DNA from: an uncultured Pseudomonadales bacterium
GTDB lineage: Bacteria; Pseudomonadota; Gammaproteobacteria; Pseudomonadales; Azotimanducaceae
Assembly (NCBI GenBank): GCA_964572185.1
Contig: CAZNFI010000002.1
Location: 1-48,349 of the forward strand
Direction of reading: 5' to 3'
Length of the DNA: 48,349 nt
Below are positions 26,902 through 35,342 of this stretch, in pieces. Made by a program: the position numbers and the translations under genes. The notes under the pieces are model-generated. The model worked only from the letters and a program-made list of their open reading frames with translations. It made no database searches and was not told the origin of the DNA. The number at the start of each line of letters is the position of its first letter. The stretch's first letter is position 1.

Positions 26902-29619
26902 TCAGAAAAACGTCACGCCAAGCTGGGCGTAATACAGCGTTCCCTGCCAGGGAACGATCGAGTCGCTGCGGTAAATGCGGCCGCAGCAGACTTCAAACTC
27001 GCCCGGGTCGGGGTAGTTGTCGAAGACGTTCTCGATTCCGACCTTGAGCGCATAGCGGTCGCGCAGGGTGACGGTCGCCTCCAGGTCGACCAGCACCTCT
27101 GTGCCGAACTTCTGGATGACATCGAGCTGCGCGTTGCTGGCGTTGTGGTATTCGCCGAAGTAGCGGGCGCGCAACAGCACGTCCAGCCAGTTCCAGCCGT
27201 GCCCGACCGAGACCACGCCGCGCGTGGAGGGGCTGCCTTTCTCGATGTCGTGGCGTGCTTCCGCGTCCACGAATCGTCCCAGGTCGACGATGTCGGTCTC
27301 GTTGAAGTTGAATGCCGCCTGCACCGAGGTAGTGCCCAGGGTCCAGTCGAACATGCCGGTGGCCACCAGGTCGATGCCGCTGGTCTCGGTGACCACATCG
27401 TTGGTGAAAAACCGCACCAGCGCGATGTCGTTGGCGCCTGGTACGCCCAGGGCAATCAGACGGGCGGCGGCGGCCGCGTCCACCAGGAACTGGGAGGACA
27501 TCACGATGCGATCGTCCAGCCGCACCCGGTAATAGTCGAGGGTTACCGAAATGCCGGCAACCGGCTGGGCGGCCAGGCCCAGCGTAACTGACTCGGAACG
27601 CTCCGGATCCAACGGCCCGGCGCCAAACAGGCCGGCCGCCGCATGACTGGGTGGAAAGACGCCCTCCGCCTTGGGAATGCCATTCGCATCGATGCGCGTG
27701 GAAACCACCGTCGTCGATATCTGCCCCGGAGTCGGCGCCCGAAAACCGGTCCCCACGGATCCCCGCAGGTTGAACCCGTCGGCAAGCCGGTAGCGGGTGG
27801 CGATCTTCCAGATGGCAACGCTGCCGAAGTCATTGAAGTCTTCGTAGCGCGCCGCCGCGCCCGCCATCCAGCGACCGGTCAGATCCGCCTCCAGGTCCAG
27901 GTAGCCCGCGTAACTCTGTCGGTTTCGCTTCGAGGCGAACGTGGGCGGGTAGCCGGGAAAACCGTTCGAGCCTATGGGCACCGCGTTGTTCACCGGGTCG
28001 CCGGGCGGACAGAGGGAGCCTGTCGCGTTGAAGCCAGGCACCCGGCATTCGATCTCCCGCAACCCGTCGTGCGGGTCGGCATCCACCTCGGCCTGGGTGA
28101 TTTCCAGATTGAACGGGTCCGCCACTCCGAACGGCCCCACCCGGTATGACAAGGGATCGCCCTCGCCGATCCGGTAGCCTTCATCCCGATACTCAACGCC
28201 GAAAGCGACATTCACCGGGCTGGCCAGGCCCAGTTCCCAGGGCCAGACAAAATCCGCGTTCAGTGCCAACTCGTCATTGACCAGGGTGCCGGGGCGGAAC
28301 CGCGTGGGGGTGTCGGGTCCGAGCGACGGATTGAGCGTATTCTCGATGCTGTAGCGGATCTCGTCGGAGCCATAACTTGCGGAGAAATCGTAAGCCAGGC
28401 CCCCGCGAAGGCTGCCGCGCAGACCTGCTGCAACGGCATGGTCGGTTACATCTCCAGAGAACTGCGGCGTGAATCCGGCCGGATAGAGACTGGCCCGCGG
28501 ATCGTAGATGGAGCCGTCTGCAAGGCGCAGCGGCAGCAGCTGGCTGACGCCCGGCCGGCGGTAGAAAAAGCCGCCGGTCTGGTCCTTGGCGGCATAGGAA
28601 CCGAAGCCGTAGAGTTCCACGCCACCCGACAACGGCAGCGCCGCATTCAGCATGGCAAGAATCTGCTCGCGGTCCGGTTGCCCCCAGATCTGTGCCGGGC
28701 TGGCGAACTCGCGATCACCGCCGACGCTTGGGAAACTGTCCGCGTAACGGGTATCGAGGTCATCCGGAATGCCGTCGCTGCCGAGCGCCGCCTGCAGCGC
28801 CTGTCCGGCGGGCGAGTATCGGTAAGTCAGGGCATCGGGGCCGTGGTAGGTGACCCCGTCGACGGTCATTCGACTGGCGGTGGCCTGCAGCGGCGTCAGG
28901 CCCGACTGCCCGATGGTCAGGTCATAGGGTCGAGACCGGCTGGTCGGCGCCGAGTCGGAATATTGGGCGCTGAGATTGACGAACCCACCATCGCCGAGCG
29001 GCAAGCCGGCATTGGCCTCCAGCGTTAGCTCTTCACCGTCTCCCGCATCGTAGCGTCCGCCGCGTACCCGCGCCTCCAGTCCGGAATCCGCCTGCCTGAG
29101 CCTGAAGTTGATCACGCCGGCAATGGCGTCCGAGCCGTACTGGGCGGCGGCGCCGTCGCGCAGCACTTCCATGGAAGCGATGGCGATGGACGGGATGCTG
29201 CCGATGTCCGGGCCGTGCGACCCGAAACCGCCGATCTGCATCAACGCCGAGCGATGCCGCCGCTTGCCGTTGACGAGCACCAGTGTGTGATGCGCGTCCA
29301 GGCCGCGCATATGCGTCGGGCGAATGAAGGACGCGCCGTCAGAGATCGGCTGCCGCCGCACGGCGAACGAAGGCACGATGGCGTTGACCACCTCGATCAG
29401 GTCCGAGGAGTTGACGCTGGCGATCTGCTCCGGGCCGAATACGTCCACCGGCACGGCGGTATCGATGGCGGCACGGGCACGCCGGCGGGTGCCGATGCTC
29501 ACCACCTCTTCGACGATCTGGTCCGCGACGGCGCTCTCGTCCAGCCGATCCACAGCAGCAGGCGCAGCCGCCGCCGCAACCGGAGTCAATGCAAGTGCCA
29601 ACCAGCGAATTGGAATCAT
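26902..29619 (-). CDS. TonB-dependent outer-membrane receptor
   Basis: ORF 26902..29748. From ATG 29619 there is a signal peptide, MIPIRWLALALTPVAAAAAPAAV. Plug-domain motifs (EEVVSIGTR..., RGLDAHHTLVLVNGKR) and a C-terminal aromatic terminus ...YYAQLGVTFF. Confidence 0.85.
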   Translation of the reverse strand: MIPIRWLALALTPVAAAAAPAAVDRLDESAVADQIVEEVVSIGTRRRARAAIDTAVPVDVFGPEQIASVNSSDLIEVVNAIVPSFAVRRQPISDGASFIRPTHMRGLDAHHTLVLVNGKRRHRSALMQIGGFGSHGPDIGSIPSIAIASMEVLRDGAAAQYGSDAIAGVINFRLRQADSGLEARVRGGRYDAGDGEELTLEANAGLPLGDGGFVNLSAQYSDSAPTSRSRPYDLTIGQSGLTPLQATASRMTVDGVTYHGPDALTYRYSPAGQALQAALGSDGIPDDLDTRYADSFPSVGGDREFASPAQIWGQPDREQILAMLNAALPLSGGVELYGFGSYAAKDQTGGFFYRRPGVSQLLPLRLADGSIYDPRASLYPAGFTPQFSGDVTDHAVAAGLRGSLRGGLAYDFSASYGSDEIRYSIENTLNPSLGPDTPTRFRPGTLVNDELALNADFVWPWELGLASPVNVAFGVEYRDEGYRIGEGDPLSYRVGPFGVADPFNLEITQAEVDADPHDGLREIECRVPGFNATGSLCPPGDPVNNAVPIGSNGFPGYPPTFASKRNRQSYAGYLDLEADLTGRWMAGAAARYEDFNDFGSVAIWKIATRYRLADGFNLRGSVGTGFRAPTPGQISTTVVSTRIDANGIPKAEGVFPPSHAAAGLFGAGPLDPERSESVTLGLAAQPVAGISVTLDYYRVRLDDRIVMSSQFLVDAAAAARLIALGVPGANDIALVRFFTNDVVTETSGIDLVATGMFDWTLGTTSVQAAFNFNETDIVDLGRFVDAEARHDIEKGSPSTRGVVSVGHGWNWLDVLLRARYFGEYHNASNAQLDVIQKFGTEVLVDLEATVTLRDRYALKVGIENVFDNYPDPGEFEVCCGRIYRSDSIVPWQGTLYYAQLGVTFF

Positions 29620-29649
29620 GAAGCGGTCTGTGGGCGGCTGCGGCGCCAA

Positions 29650-29678
29650 TCTATACAGACATTTTGAAATATCAACAA
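29650..29678 (-). promoter_or_regulatory. Candidate sigma70-type promoter for the TonB-dependent receptor gene
   Basis: On the minus strand: TTGTTG (29678-29673), a 17-nt spacer, then TATAGA (29655-29650), inside a locally AT-rich stretch about 30 nt upstream of ATG 29619. Pattern match only. Confidence 0.3.
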
Positions 29679-29956
29679 GTGTCAGCACTGAGCCCGATGC
29701 CATGCGGAGCGCTTTCTGGCCCGCTGCGCGCCGTCGCCGGCAGCGCATTTGTGCATAATGGGCACGACACCCCGGGACACCTCCACGCCATGCATGCGCC
29801 GCGCAAAGCCCCGATCAGCCGCGCCGAATCACTCGCCTTCGCCCCGATCGAGAAACGCCAGGTCAATCGGACCCGTTGCGAGGCGGGCTACCGGCACCCG
29901 GGCTTCGCAGGTTCGCAATCGCCTGGCCTGGGCGGCGCAAGCAAGCGCCCTGCGGC

Positions 29957-31156
29957 ATGAACATCGCATTCAGCGACGAACACGAGGCGTTCCGCGAGGA
30001 GGTACGGGCGTTCCTCGGCACGGCGCTGCCCGACGAGTTGCGCGATGCCGAGCGGCACCGCCCGGGCATTTTTCTGGACTACGAGTACAACAACCGCTGG
30101 CACCGCATTCTTTACGAGAAGGGCTGGATCGCACCGGCCTGGCCGAAACAGTACGGCGGCACCGGCTGGGACCTGGCGCGGCGCTACATCTGGTCGTTGG
30201 AGTCGCGCCTGGCGCACGCCCCGAGCCTGTTCCCGACCGGGCTGCAAATGTGCGGGCCGATGCTGATCGGCCACGGCAGCACCGAGCAAAAGGCCACCTA
30301 CCTGCCGCGCATCCTGTCCGGGGAAGACTACTGGTGCCAGGGCTATTCGGAACCCGGCTCCGGGTCCGACCTGGCATCGCTGAAGCTCAAGGCGGAAAGC
30401 GACGGCGACGACTACCTGCTGAACGGCACCAAGATCTGGACCTCCCACGCGCACCGCGCCAATCGCATGTTCTGCCTGGTGCGCACGCGCAATACGGGCA
30501 AGCCGCAGCAAGGCATTACTTTCGTGTTGCTGGACATGCATACGCCCGGCATCAGCGTGCAACCGATCCTGTTCGCCTCCGGTACCCACGAGGTGAACCA
30601 GGTTTTCTTCGACCAGGTGCGCGTTCCGAAAGCCAACATCGTCGGCCAGGAACACCAGGGCTGGACGGTCGCCAAATACCTGCTCGAGTTCGAACGGGGC
30701 GGTTCCGGCGCGGGCGGATTCCAGGCCGCCCTGCAGCGCGTTCGCCGTCTTGCCGCAAGCCAGGACAGCGGCGCCCGATCACTGCTCGAAGACGCATCGT
30801 TCAGGCGCAGGCTCGATGAGGCGGAAGTCAGGCTGCAGGCCATCCAGTTCACGGAACTGCGCATCATGGCGGCGCTATCCAAGGGAGAGCGTCCCGGGCC
30901 GGAGTCATCGATCCTGAAGAACAGCGGTGCGGAGATCGCTCAGCGACTCAGCGAACTGGCCGTGGAGGCGCTGGCCTATTTCATCGCTCCCGACCAGCAT
31001 GATGCGCTGGCGCCCGGGCACAACCGCAAACCGATCGGGCCCAAGGACGGGCGATCAGCCTTTCCCCGCTACTTCAACCACCGGGCCTCCTCCATTGCCG
31101 GCGGCAGCCACGAGGTACAGAAGAACATCGTCGCCAAGCTGGTGCTCGGGCTGTAG
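29957..31156 (+). CDS. Acyl-CoA dehydrogenase
   Basis: ORF 29876..31156. From ATG 29957: MNIAFSDEHEAFREEVRAFL..., WCQGYSEPGSGSDLASL, GTKIWTSHAH, C-terminal IAGGSHEVQKNIVA. Confidence 0.85.
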   Translation: MNIAFSDEHEAFREEVRAFLGTALPDELRDAERHRPGIFLDYEYNNRWHRILYEKGWIAPAWPKQYGGTGWDLARRYIWSLESRLAHAPSLFPTGLQMCGPMLIGHGSTEQKATYLPRILSGEDYWCQGYSEPGSGSDLASLKLKAESDGDDYLLNGTKIWTSHAHRANRMFCLVRTRNTGKPQQGITFVLLDMHTPGISVQPILFASGTHEVNQVFFDQVRVPKANIVGQEHQGWTVAKYLLEFERGGSGAGGFQAALQRVRRLAASQDSGARSLLEDASFRRRLDEAEVRLQAIQFTELRIMAALSKGERPGPESSILKNSGAEIAQRLSELAVEALAYFIAPDQHDALAPGHNRKPIGPKDGRSAFPRYFNHRASSIAGGSHEVQKNIVAKLVLGL

Positions 31157-31333
31157 CCGGGACCGGCACAGAAAACGGCTTCCGTCGCCAGGGATTGAAC
31201 AGCTCGACCGAGGCCTTGCCAGGTAGCGCATTTCGGGAGGCTCCGAGAGACGCCCGGCATTGCATTGTCCCCGGCAAGCCAGCGTCGGCCAACCTGCGTC
31301 CCTGCAGAGAGCGTGTGTCGCGTCAGCTCGAAG

Positions 31334-31930
31334 CTAATCGATCTCGGCGGCGCTGCTGATGATCTTTCCCACCAGACCGTATTCCAGGGACTCTTCGGCA
31401 CTCATCCAGTAGTCGCGGTCGGTGTCTTCGGCCACCTTTGCCAGCGGCTGGCCCGTGCGCTCGGCAATGATGCCGTTGATGCGCTCACGGGTCTTGACGA
31501 TTTCCCGGGCATGGATCTCGATGTCCGCCGCATCGCCGCCGAAACCGCCGGCAGGCTGGTGGATGAGAAAGCGCGTGTTCGGCAGGCAGAACCGGTGTTC
31601 CCGCTCCGGCGCCAGATAGATGTGCGTGGCGATGCTGCCGACCCAACCGGTGCCGACCACGCGCACCGTCGGCTTGACGAAGCCGATCATGTCGAAAATG
31701 GTGTCGCCCGACTCCACGTGGCCGCCCGGCGAGCCGATGTACATGGTGATGGGGTCGTCGGATTCGTAGGACAGGCTCAGCAGCTTTTCCGCCGTGCGCT
31801 GGGCAACGTCCTTGGTAATCTCTCCGAACAGGGTCATGGTCCGGTGCTTGAAAAGCGTGCTCTCAAGCATGTTGAACTGCTTGGCCGCCTCCATGACACC
31901 CTGCTCACCGTCGAGCCTGGTCATACTCAC
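31334..31930 (-). CDS. clpP: ClpP-family serine protease paralog (stand-alone)
   Basis: ORF 31334..31930. IYIGSPGGHVESGDTIFDMIGFVKP, GTGWVGSIATHIY (Ser), RFLIHQPAGGFGGDAADIEIHAREI (His), DTDRDYWMSAEESLEYGL (Asp). No clpX or clpA nearby. Start is uncertain among three Met codons. Confidence 0.75.
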   Translation of the reverse strand: MSMTRLDGEQGVMEAAKQFNMLESTLFKHRTMTLFGEITKDVAQRTAEKLLSLSYESDDPITMYIGSPGGHVESGDTIFDMIGFVKPTVRVVGTGWVGSIATHIYLAPEREHRFCLPNTRFLIHQPAGGFGGDAADIEIHAREIVKTRERINGIIAERTGQPLAKVAEDTDRDYWMSAEESLEYGLVGKIISSAAEID

Positions 31931-32213
31931 TCCTGTGCTGCGGACGGGCGCGTGGTTGCACGTGGCCGGACGGCGCTGCCGCCCTTTGCAATCCGGCCGG
32001 CAACCTGCAGGCCCCTGCCTGACGCTCGCACCCGCGTTGTATAAACTGGGCGCGTGATTCTACATGAGCGGAAGCGGCGCCGTCAGCGGCAGGTCGCGCA
32101 AAAAGCGCAACGCCTCGCCGTAGGCATGCCGGGCAGCCGCCACATGCCCACTCGCGGTCCGGAAAAACCACATCGCAAGACGTTTGATCCATGCAAGCAA
32201 TGGAGGAGCATCA

Positions 32214-32966
32214 ATGAATACCGCAATCGTCGTGGGTGTCGGGCCGGACAGAGGCCTCGGCGCGCAACTCTGCCGTCGCTTCGCCGGGATGGGGCTCAAG
32301 GTGCTGGTCGCCGGGCGCACCCGCGCGGCACTTGATGAGGTTGTTGCCAACATCGATGCCGATGGCGGCCGTGCCGAAGCCGTGGTGACCGATGCAACGG
32401 ACGAACGCCAGGTCACCGACCTGTTCGATGCAGCCGGCGATGACCTGCAACTGGCCATCTACAACGTCGGCAACAACACGCCCGGGCGCATCGCCGACAT
32501 GGATGCCGCTTACTTCGAGAACGCCTGGCGCGGCGGCTGTTTCGGCGGGTTCCTGGTAGGCCGTGAGGCGGTGCGCCGCTTTCTCGCCCGAGCGGGCGCG
32601 GCGGACGACGCGGGTTCCACACCCTTTACCCGGGGCACCCTGCTGTTTACCGGAGCCAGCGCCTCCCTGCGCGGCCGCGCCAACTACGGCGCTTTCAATG
32701 CATCGAAGGGCGCCTTGCGCAACCTGGCCCAGGCCATGGCCAAAGAATATGGGCCGGAGGGCATTCATGTCGGTCACGTGGTTATCGACGGCGGCATCGG
32801 CGGCGACAAGATCACCAGGCGATTTCCCGAATACGCCGAGCAACTGGGTGAACTCGGCCTGATCTCGCTGGAAGGCATCGTTGACGGCTACGTGTACCTC
32901 TACCAGCAGCCGCCCGCAGCCTGGACCTTCGAGATCGACGTGCGCACCGCCATCGAGAACTGGTAG
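32214..32966 (+). CDS. Short-chain dehydrogenase/reductase family protein (atypical active-site region)
   Basis: ORF 32184..32966. From ATG 32214: MNTAIVVGVGPDRGLGAQLCRRFA (cofactor loop), NYGAFNASKGALRNLAQAMAKEYGPEGIHVGHVVIDGGI. Confidence 0.75.
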   Translation: MNTAIVVGVGPDRGLGAQLCRRFAGMGLKVLVAGRTRAALDEVVANIDADGGRAEAVVTDATDERQVTDLFDAAGDDLQLAIYNVGNNTPGRIADMDAAYFENAWRGGCFGGFLVGREAVRRFLARAGAADDAGSTPFTRGTLLFTGASASLRGRANYGAFNASKGALRNLAQAMAKEYGPEGIHVGHVVIDGGIGGDKITRRFPEYAEQLGELGLISLEGIVDGYVYLYQQPPAAWTFEIDVRTAIENW

Positions 32967-33014
32967 GCGGCCGCCGGGAGCAAGGCCCCGGCTCGCCGTC
33001 ATCAGGTTCTCAGG

Positions 33015-33437
33015 TCAGGCGTCGAGGCGCGCGGACGCGTAGCCCTTTACGACCACCAGCCCGTCCTGGTTGGTGGTTTCAACCTGCAGGTTGACCACGG
33101 GTTCGCCGTCTTCCTCGGTTATCTCCTCGACGGTTGCCGTGGAATTCAGCGTATCGCCGGGCCATACCTGGTTGGTGAAGCGCACCCCGTATTTCTTGAG
33201 CCGACCATCGCCCACGTAGTTGGTCAGCATGCGCCCGGTCATGCCCATGGTCAGCATGCCGTGGGCAAACACCGTGGGGTACCCGGCGATTTCCCGGGTG
33301 AACGGTTCATCGGTGTGCAACGGGTTGTAGTCGCCCGACGCGCCAGCGTACTGCACCAGTTGCGTGCGCTTGAGGTCTTCAACGAGACATTCCGAGTGGG
33401 TGTCGCCCACGGTCAGTTCACTTGCCTTCAATGCCAT
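33015..33437 (-). CDS. MaoC-like (R)-specific enoyl-CoA hydratase, hotdog fold
   Basis: ORF 33015..33488. From ATG 33437; YAGASGDYNPLHTDEPFT... and FAHGMLTMG are the MaoC dehydratase motif. Confidence 0.8.
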   Translation of the reverse strand: MALKASELTVGDTHSECLVEDLKRTQLVQYAGASGDYNPLHTDEPFTREIAGYPTVFAHGMLTMGMTGRMLTNYVGDGRLKKYGVRFTNQVWPGDTLNSTATVEEITEEDGEPVVNLQVETTNQDGLVVVKGYASARLDA

Positions 33438-33535
33438 TTCTAATCCTCTTGTTCGCAAATCAGGGTGTCGGATTCGTACAACTCGCACCCGTTGACTGCG
33501 ATTTCATCGATTTGGGGCCTCGCCCCGTTCGGCTC

Positions 33536-34030
33536 CTATTGCTCCACCGGTCGTTCGGTGCGCACGCCCACGCCGCGGGCCGTTATCACCAGTTCGCCGT
33601 TCTGGTCGCGGTACTCGGTGATGGTCTCCGTAAAGGTGAGCTTGCCGGCGCGCTTGCTCTCCCGCTCCCAGGTCTTGCCCGGCTTGACCGTGCCGCTGAG
33701 TACATCGCCGGGCCCGATGTGCCGGTGGTACTCGAAGTGCTGCTCCGCGTGCAGGCCTCCGCCGCCACCGCCGCCGCCACCGGAGCCCTGCCGCTTGATG
33801 CCGGTCGCCTCCTTGCCGGAGCCGAACCAGGGCTCGCCGACCTTGGGACGCAGAAAGTAGTCCGGGTCGAACTGGGCACTGGACTGAGCGAAGGTGGGCG
33901 GCGCAATGACGCGACCGGGCTCGGTCGTCGCCGCGTAGTCCTCGTCGTGGTAGATCGGGTTCTCGTCACCGATGGAACGCGCAAACATCATGATGTGGCT
34001 TCCCTCTACCGGAAACTTCTCGATAGCCAT
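33536..34030 (-). CDS. MaoC-N / FAS1-like dehydratase hotdog subunit (partner of 33015-33437)
   Basis: ORF 33536..34030. FARSIGDENPIYHDEDYA..., then the second half of a hotdog fold. Contains a run GSGGGGGGGGG. This adjacent pair arrangement resembles heteromeric hydratases such as HadAB and ChsH1/H2. Confidence 0.7.
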   Translation of the reverse strand: MAIEKFPVEGSHIMMFARSIGDENPIYHDEDYAATTEPGRVIAPPTFAQSSAQFDPDYFLRPKVGEPWFGSGKEATGIKRQGSGGGGGGGGGLHAEQHFEYHRHIGPGDVLSGTVKPGKTWERESKRAGKLTFTETITEYRDQNGELVITARGVGVRTERPVEQ

Positions 34031-34101
34031 CTTTCCCCCTTTTGAAATCGAAGAAGTGATCAGTCAGAAGGGCGCGAGTATCCAACAGCGCCCCTCGCGG
34101 T

Positions 34102-34881
34102 TCAACGGCCCTTGAAGTGCGGTTCTCGCTTTTCGAGAAAAGCGCTGATGCCCTCGGCCTTGTCCTCGGTCTGAACCAGGGCGCCCTGGGCATACTTCTC
34201 CAGCATCAGCGCGCCGGCCAGGCTGGCTTCCATACCGAAGTTCACCATGGCCTTCATGGTTCTCGGCACGAACGGTGCGAAACGGGCAATGTGATCGGCC
34301 ATGCGCCGCGCCTCCTGCAGCAGTTCCGCTGCCGGCACGATGCGCGTAATCAGGCCGATGGCGAGTGCCCGCTCGGCATCGATAGGTTCCCCCATCAACA
34401 GCATCTCCATGCCCCAGCCACGGCCGACAATGCGCGGCAGGCGGGCCGTGGCGCCGCCACCGGGAATGATGCCGAGCTTGCCCTCGGGGGTGGCGAAACG
34501 GGCACCGGGGGTCGCAATGCGCAGGTCGCAGCCGAGCGCCACTTCCAGGCCCCCGCCCATGCAGATGCCGTTGATGGCGGCGATGGTCGGCTTGGGCGTG
34601 CGCTCCAGCCGGTCGGCCAGCCCCTGCACGATGGGTTCCAGCGCCTTTTCGAAATCCCGGTGCAGTACCTCCGTGAGGTCGGACCCGGATGCGAACGCCT
34701 TGTCTCCCGCCCCGGTAATCGTGATTACCCGCACCGCATCGGAACACGCGGCGCGGCCGACGGCATCGTGCAGCTGCTCGAGGGTATCCAGCGAGATCGC
34801 GTTGTGCCTGGCGGCCCGATTGATGGTGATCAGGGCCATGGGGCCCTGTTCCTCGTAGAGGAGTTCCGTGAATTCCGTCAC
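34102..34881 (-). CDS. Enoyl-CoA hydratase/isomerase (crotonase) family protein
   Basis: ORF 34102..34944. ALITINRAARHNA, GAGDKAFASGSDL, CMGGGLEVALGCDLRIA, GIIPGGGATARLPRIVG. Start is ambiguous (GTG 34881 or GTG 34944). Confidence 0.8.
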   Translation of the reverse strand: MTEFTELLYEEQGPMALITINRAARHNAISLDTLEQLHDAVGRAACSDAVRVITITGAGDKAFASGSDLTEVLHRDFEKALEPIVQGLADRLERTPKPTIAAINGICMGGGLEVALGCDLRIATPGARFATPEGKLGIIPGGGATARLPRIVGRGWGMEMLLMGEPIDAERALAIGLITRIVPAAELLQEARRMADHIARFAPFVPRTMKAMVNFGMEASLAGALMLEKYAQGALVQTEDKAEGISAFLEKREPHFKGR

Positions 34882-35066
34882 TTCAAGTTCCCGGGCAATG
34901 GAGGTCTGTTGGCTCGGCGCGGTCAATGGAATGCGCGCCGCCACCGGTCCCGCGTAACAGCACCGGTAACGGCTCGACGCTCAGGAAGGCGTGACCGGGC
35001 TCTTCGGCGAGGCCGGTAGCGTAGGTAAACGGCCTGTCGATGTACAGCGACGCCTGGCACCGCGCC

Positions 35067-35106
35067 AAAAAAGAAAGCCGCCGGCCTGGAGAGGAAGCCG
35101 GCGGCT
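35067..35106 (-). terminator. Rho-independent terminator, minus strand, about 240 nt downstream of the histidine kinase stop
   Basis: Perfect 10-bp stem AGCCGCCGGC (35076-35085) / GCCGGCGGCT (35097-35106) with an 11-nt loop. On the minus strand it is followed by TTTCTTTTTT (complement of 35067-35075). Confidence 0.75.
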
Positions 35107-35342
35107 GGAGTAGACCTATAAAGGTCTAAGGGGATAGAGATTGCCTCATGGGGAAGCAGCTTCTCGGGCCGCTTCACAGTTCCACTATCTCGAAAAGGTG
35201 TTACGAGACGATTTCTCGCCATGGGAAATTTGTGACATTTTGTTACCAGCACGCTGACACACCCGGAACAACGAGGAGTCCCCCAATGCAAGCGGGGCCC
35301 GCCAGCATCGAAGACCGGAACTCCGTTCCATGCGAGTACCGG

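Noticed and set aside
29620-29956. Cobalamin or other riboswitch in the 338-nt region upstream of the TonB-dependent receptor.
   Set aside because: The minus-strand leader has no B12-box-like sequence (GCCACTG context). The candidate promoter leaves only about 30 nt of leader.
35140-35175. SRP (4.5S) RNA, suggested by GGAAGCAGC in the AT-richer spacer.
   Set aside because: The surrounding sequence lacks the conserved GGUCAGGUCCGGAAGGAAGCAGCC domain IV context and the long closing helix.
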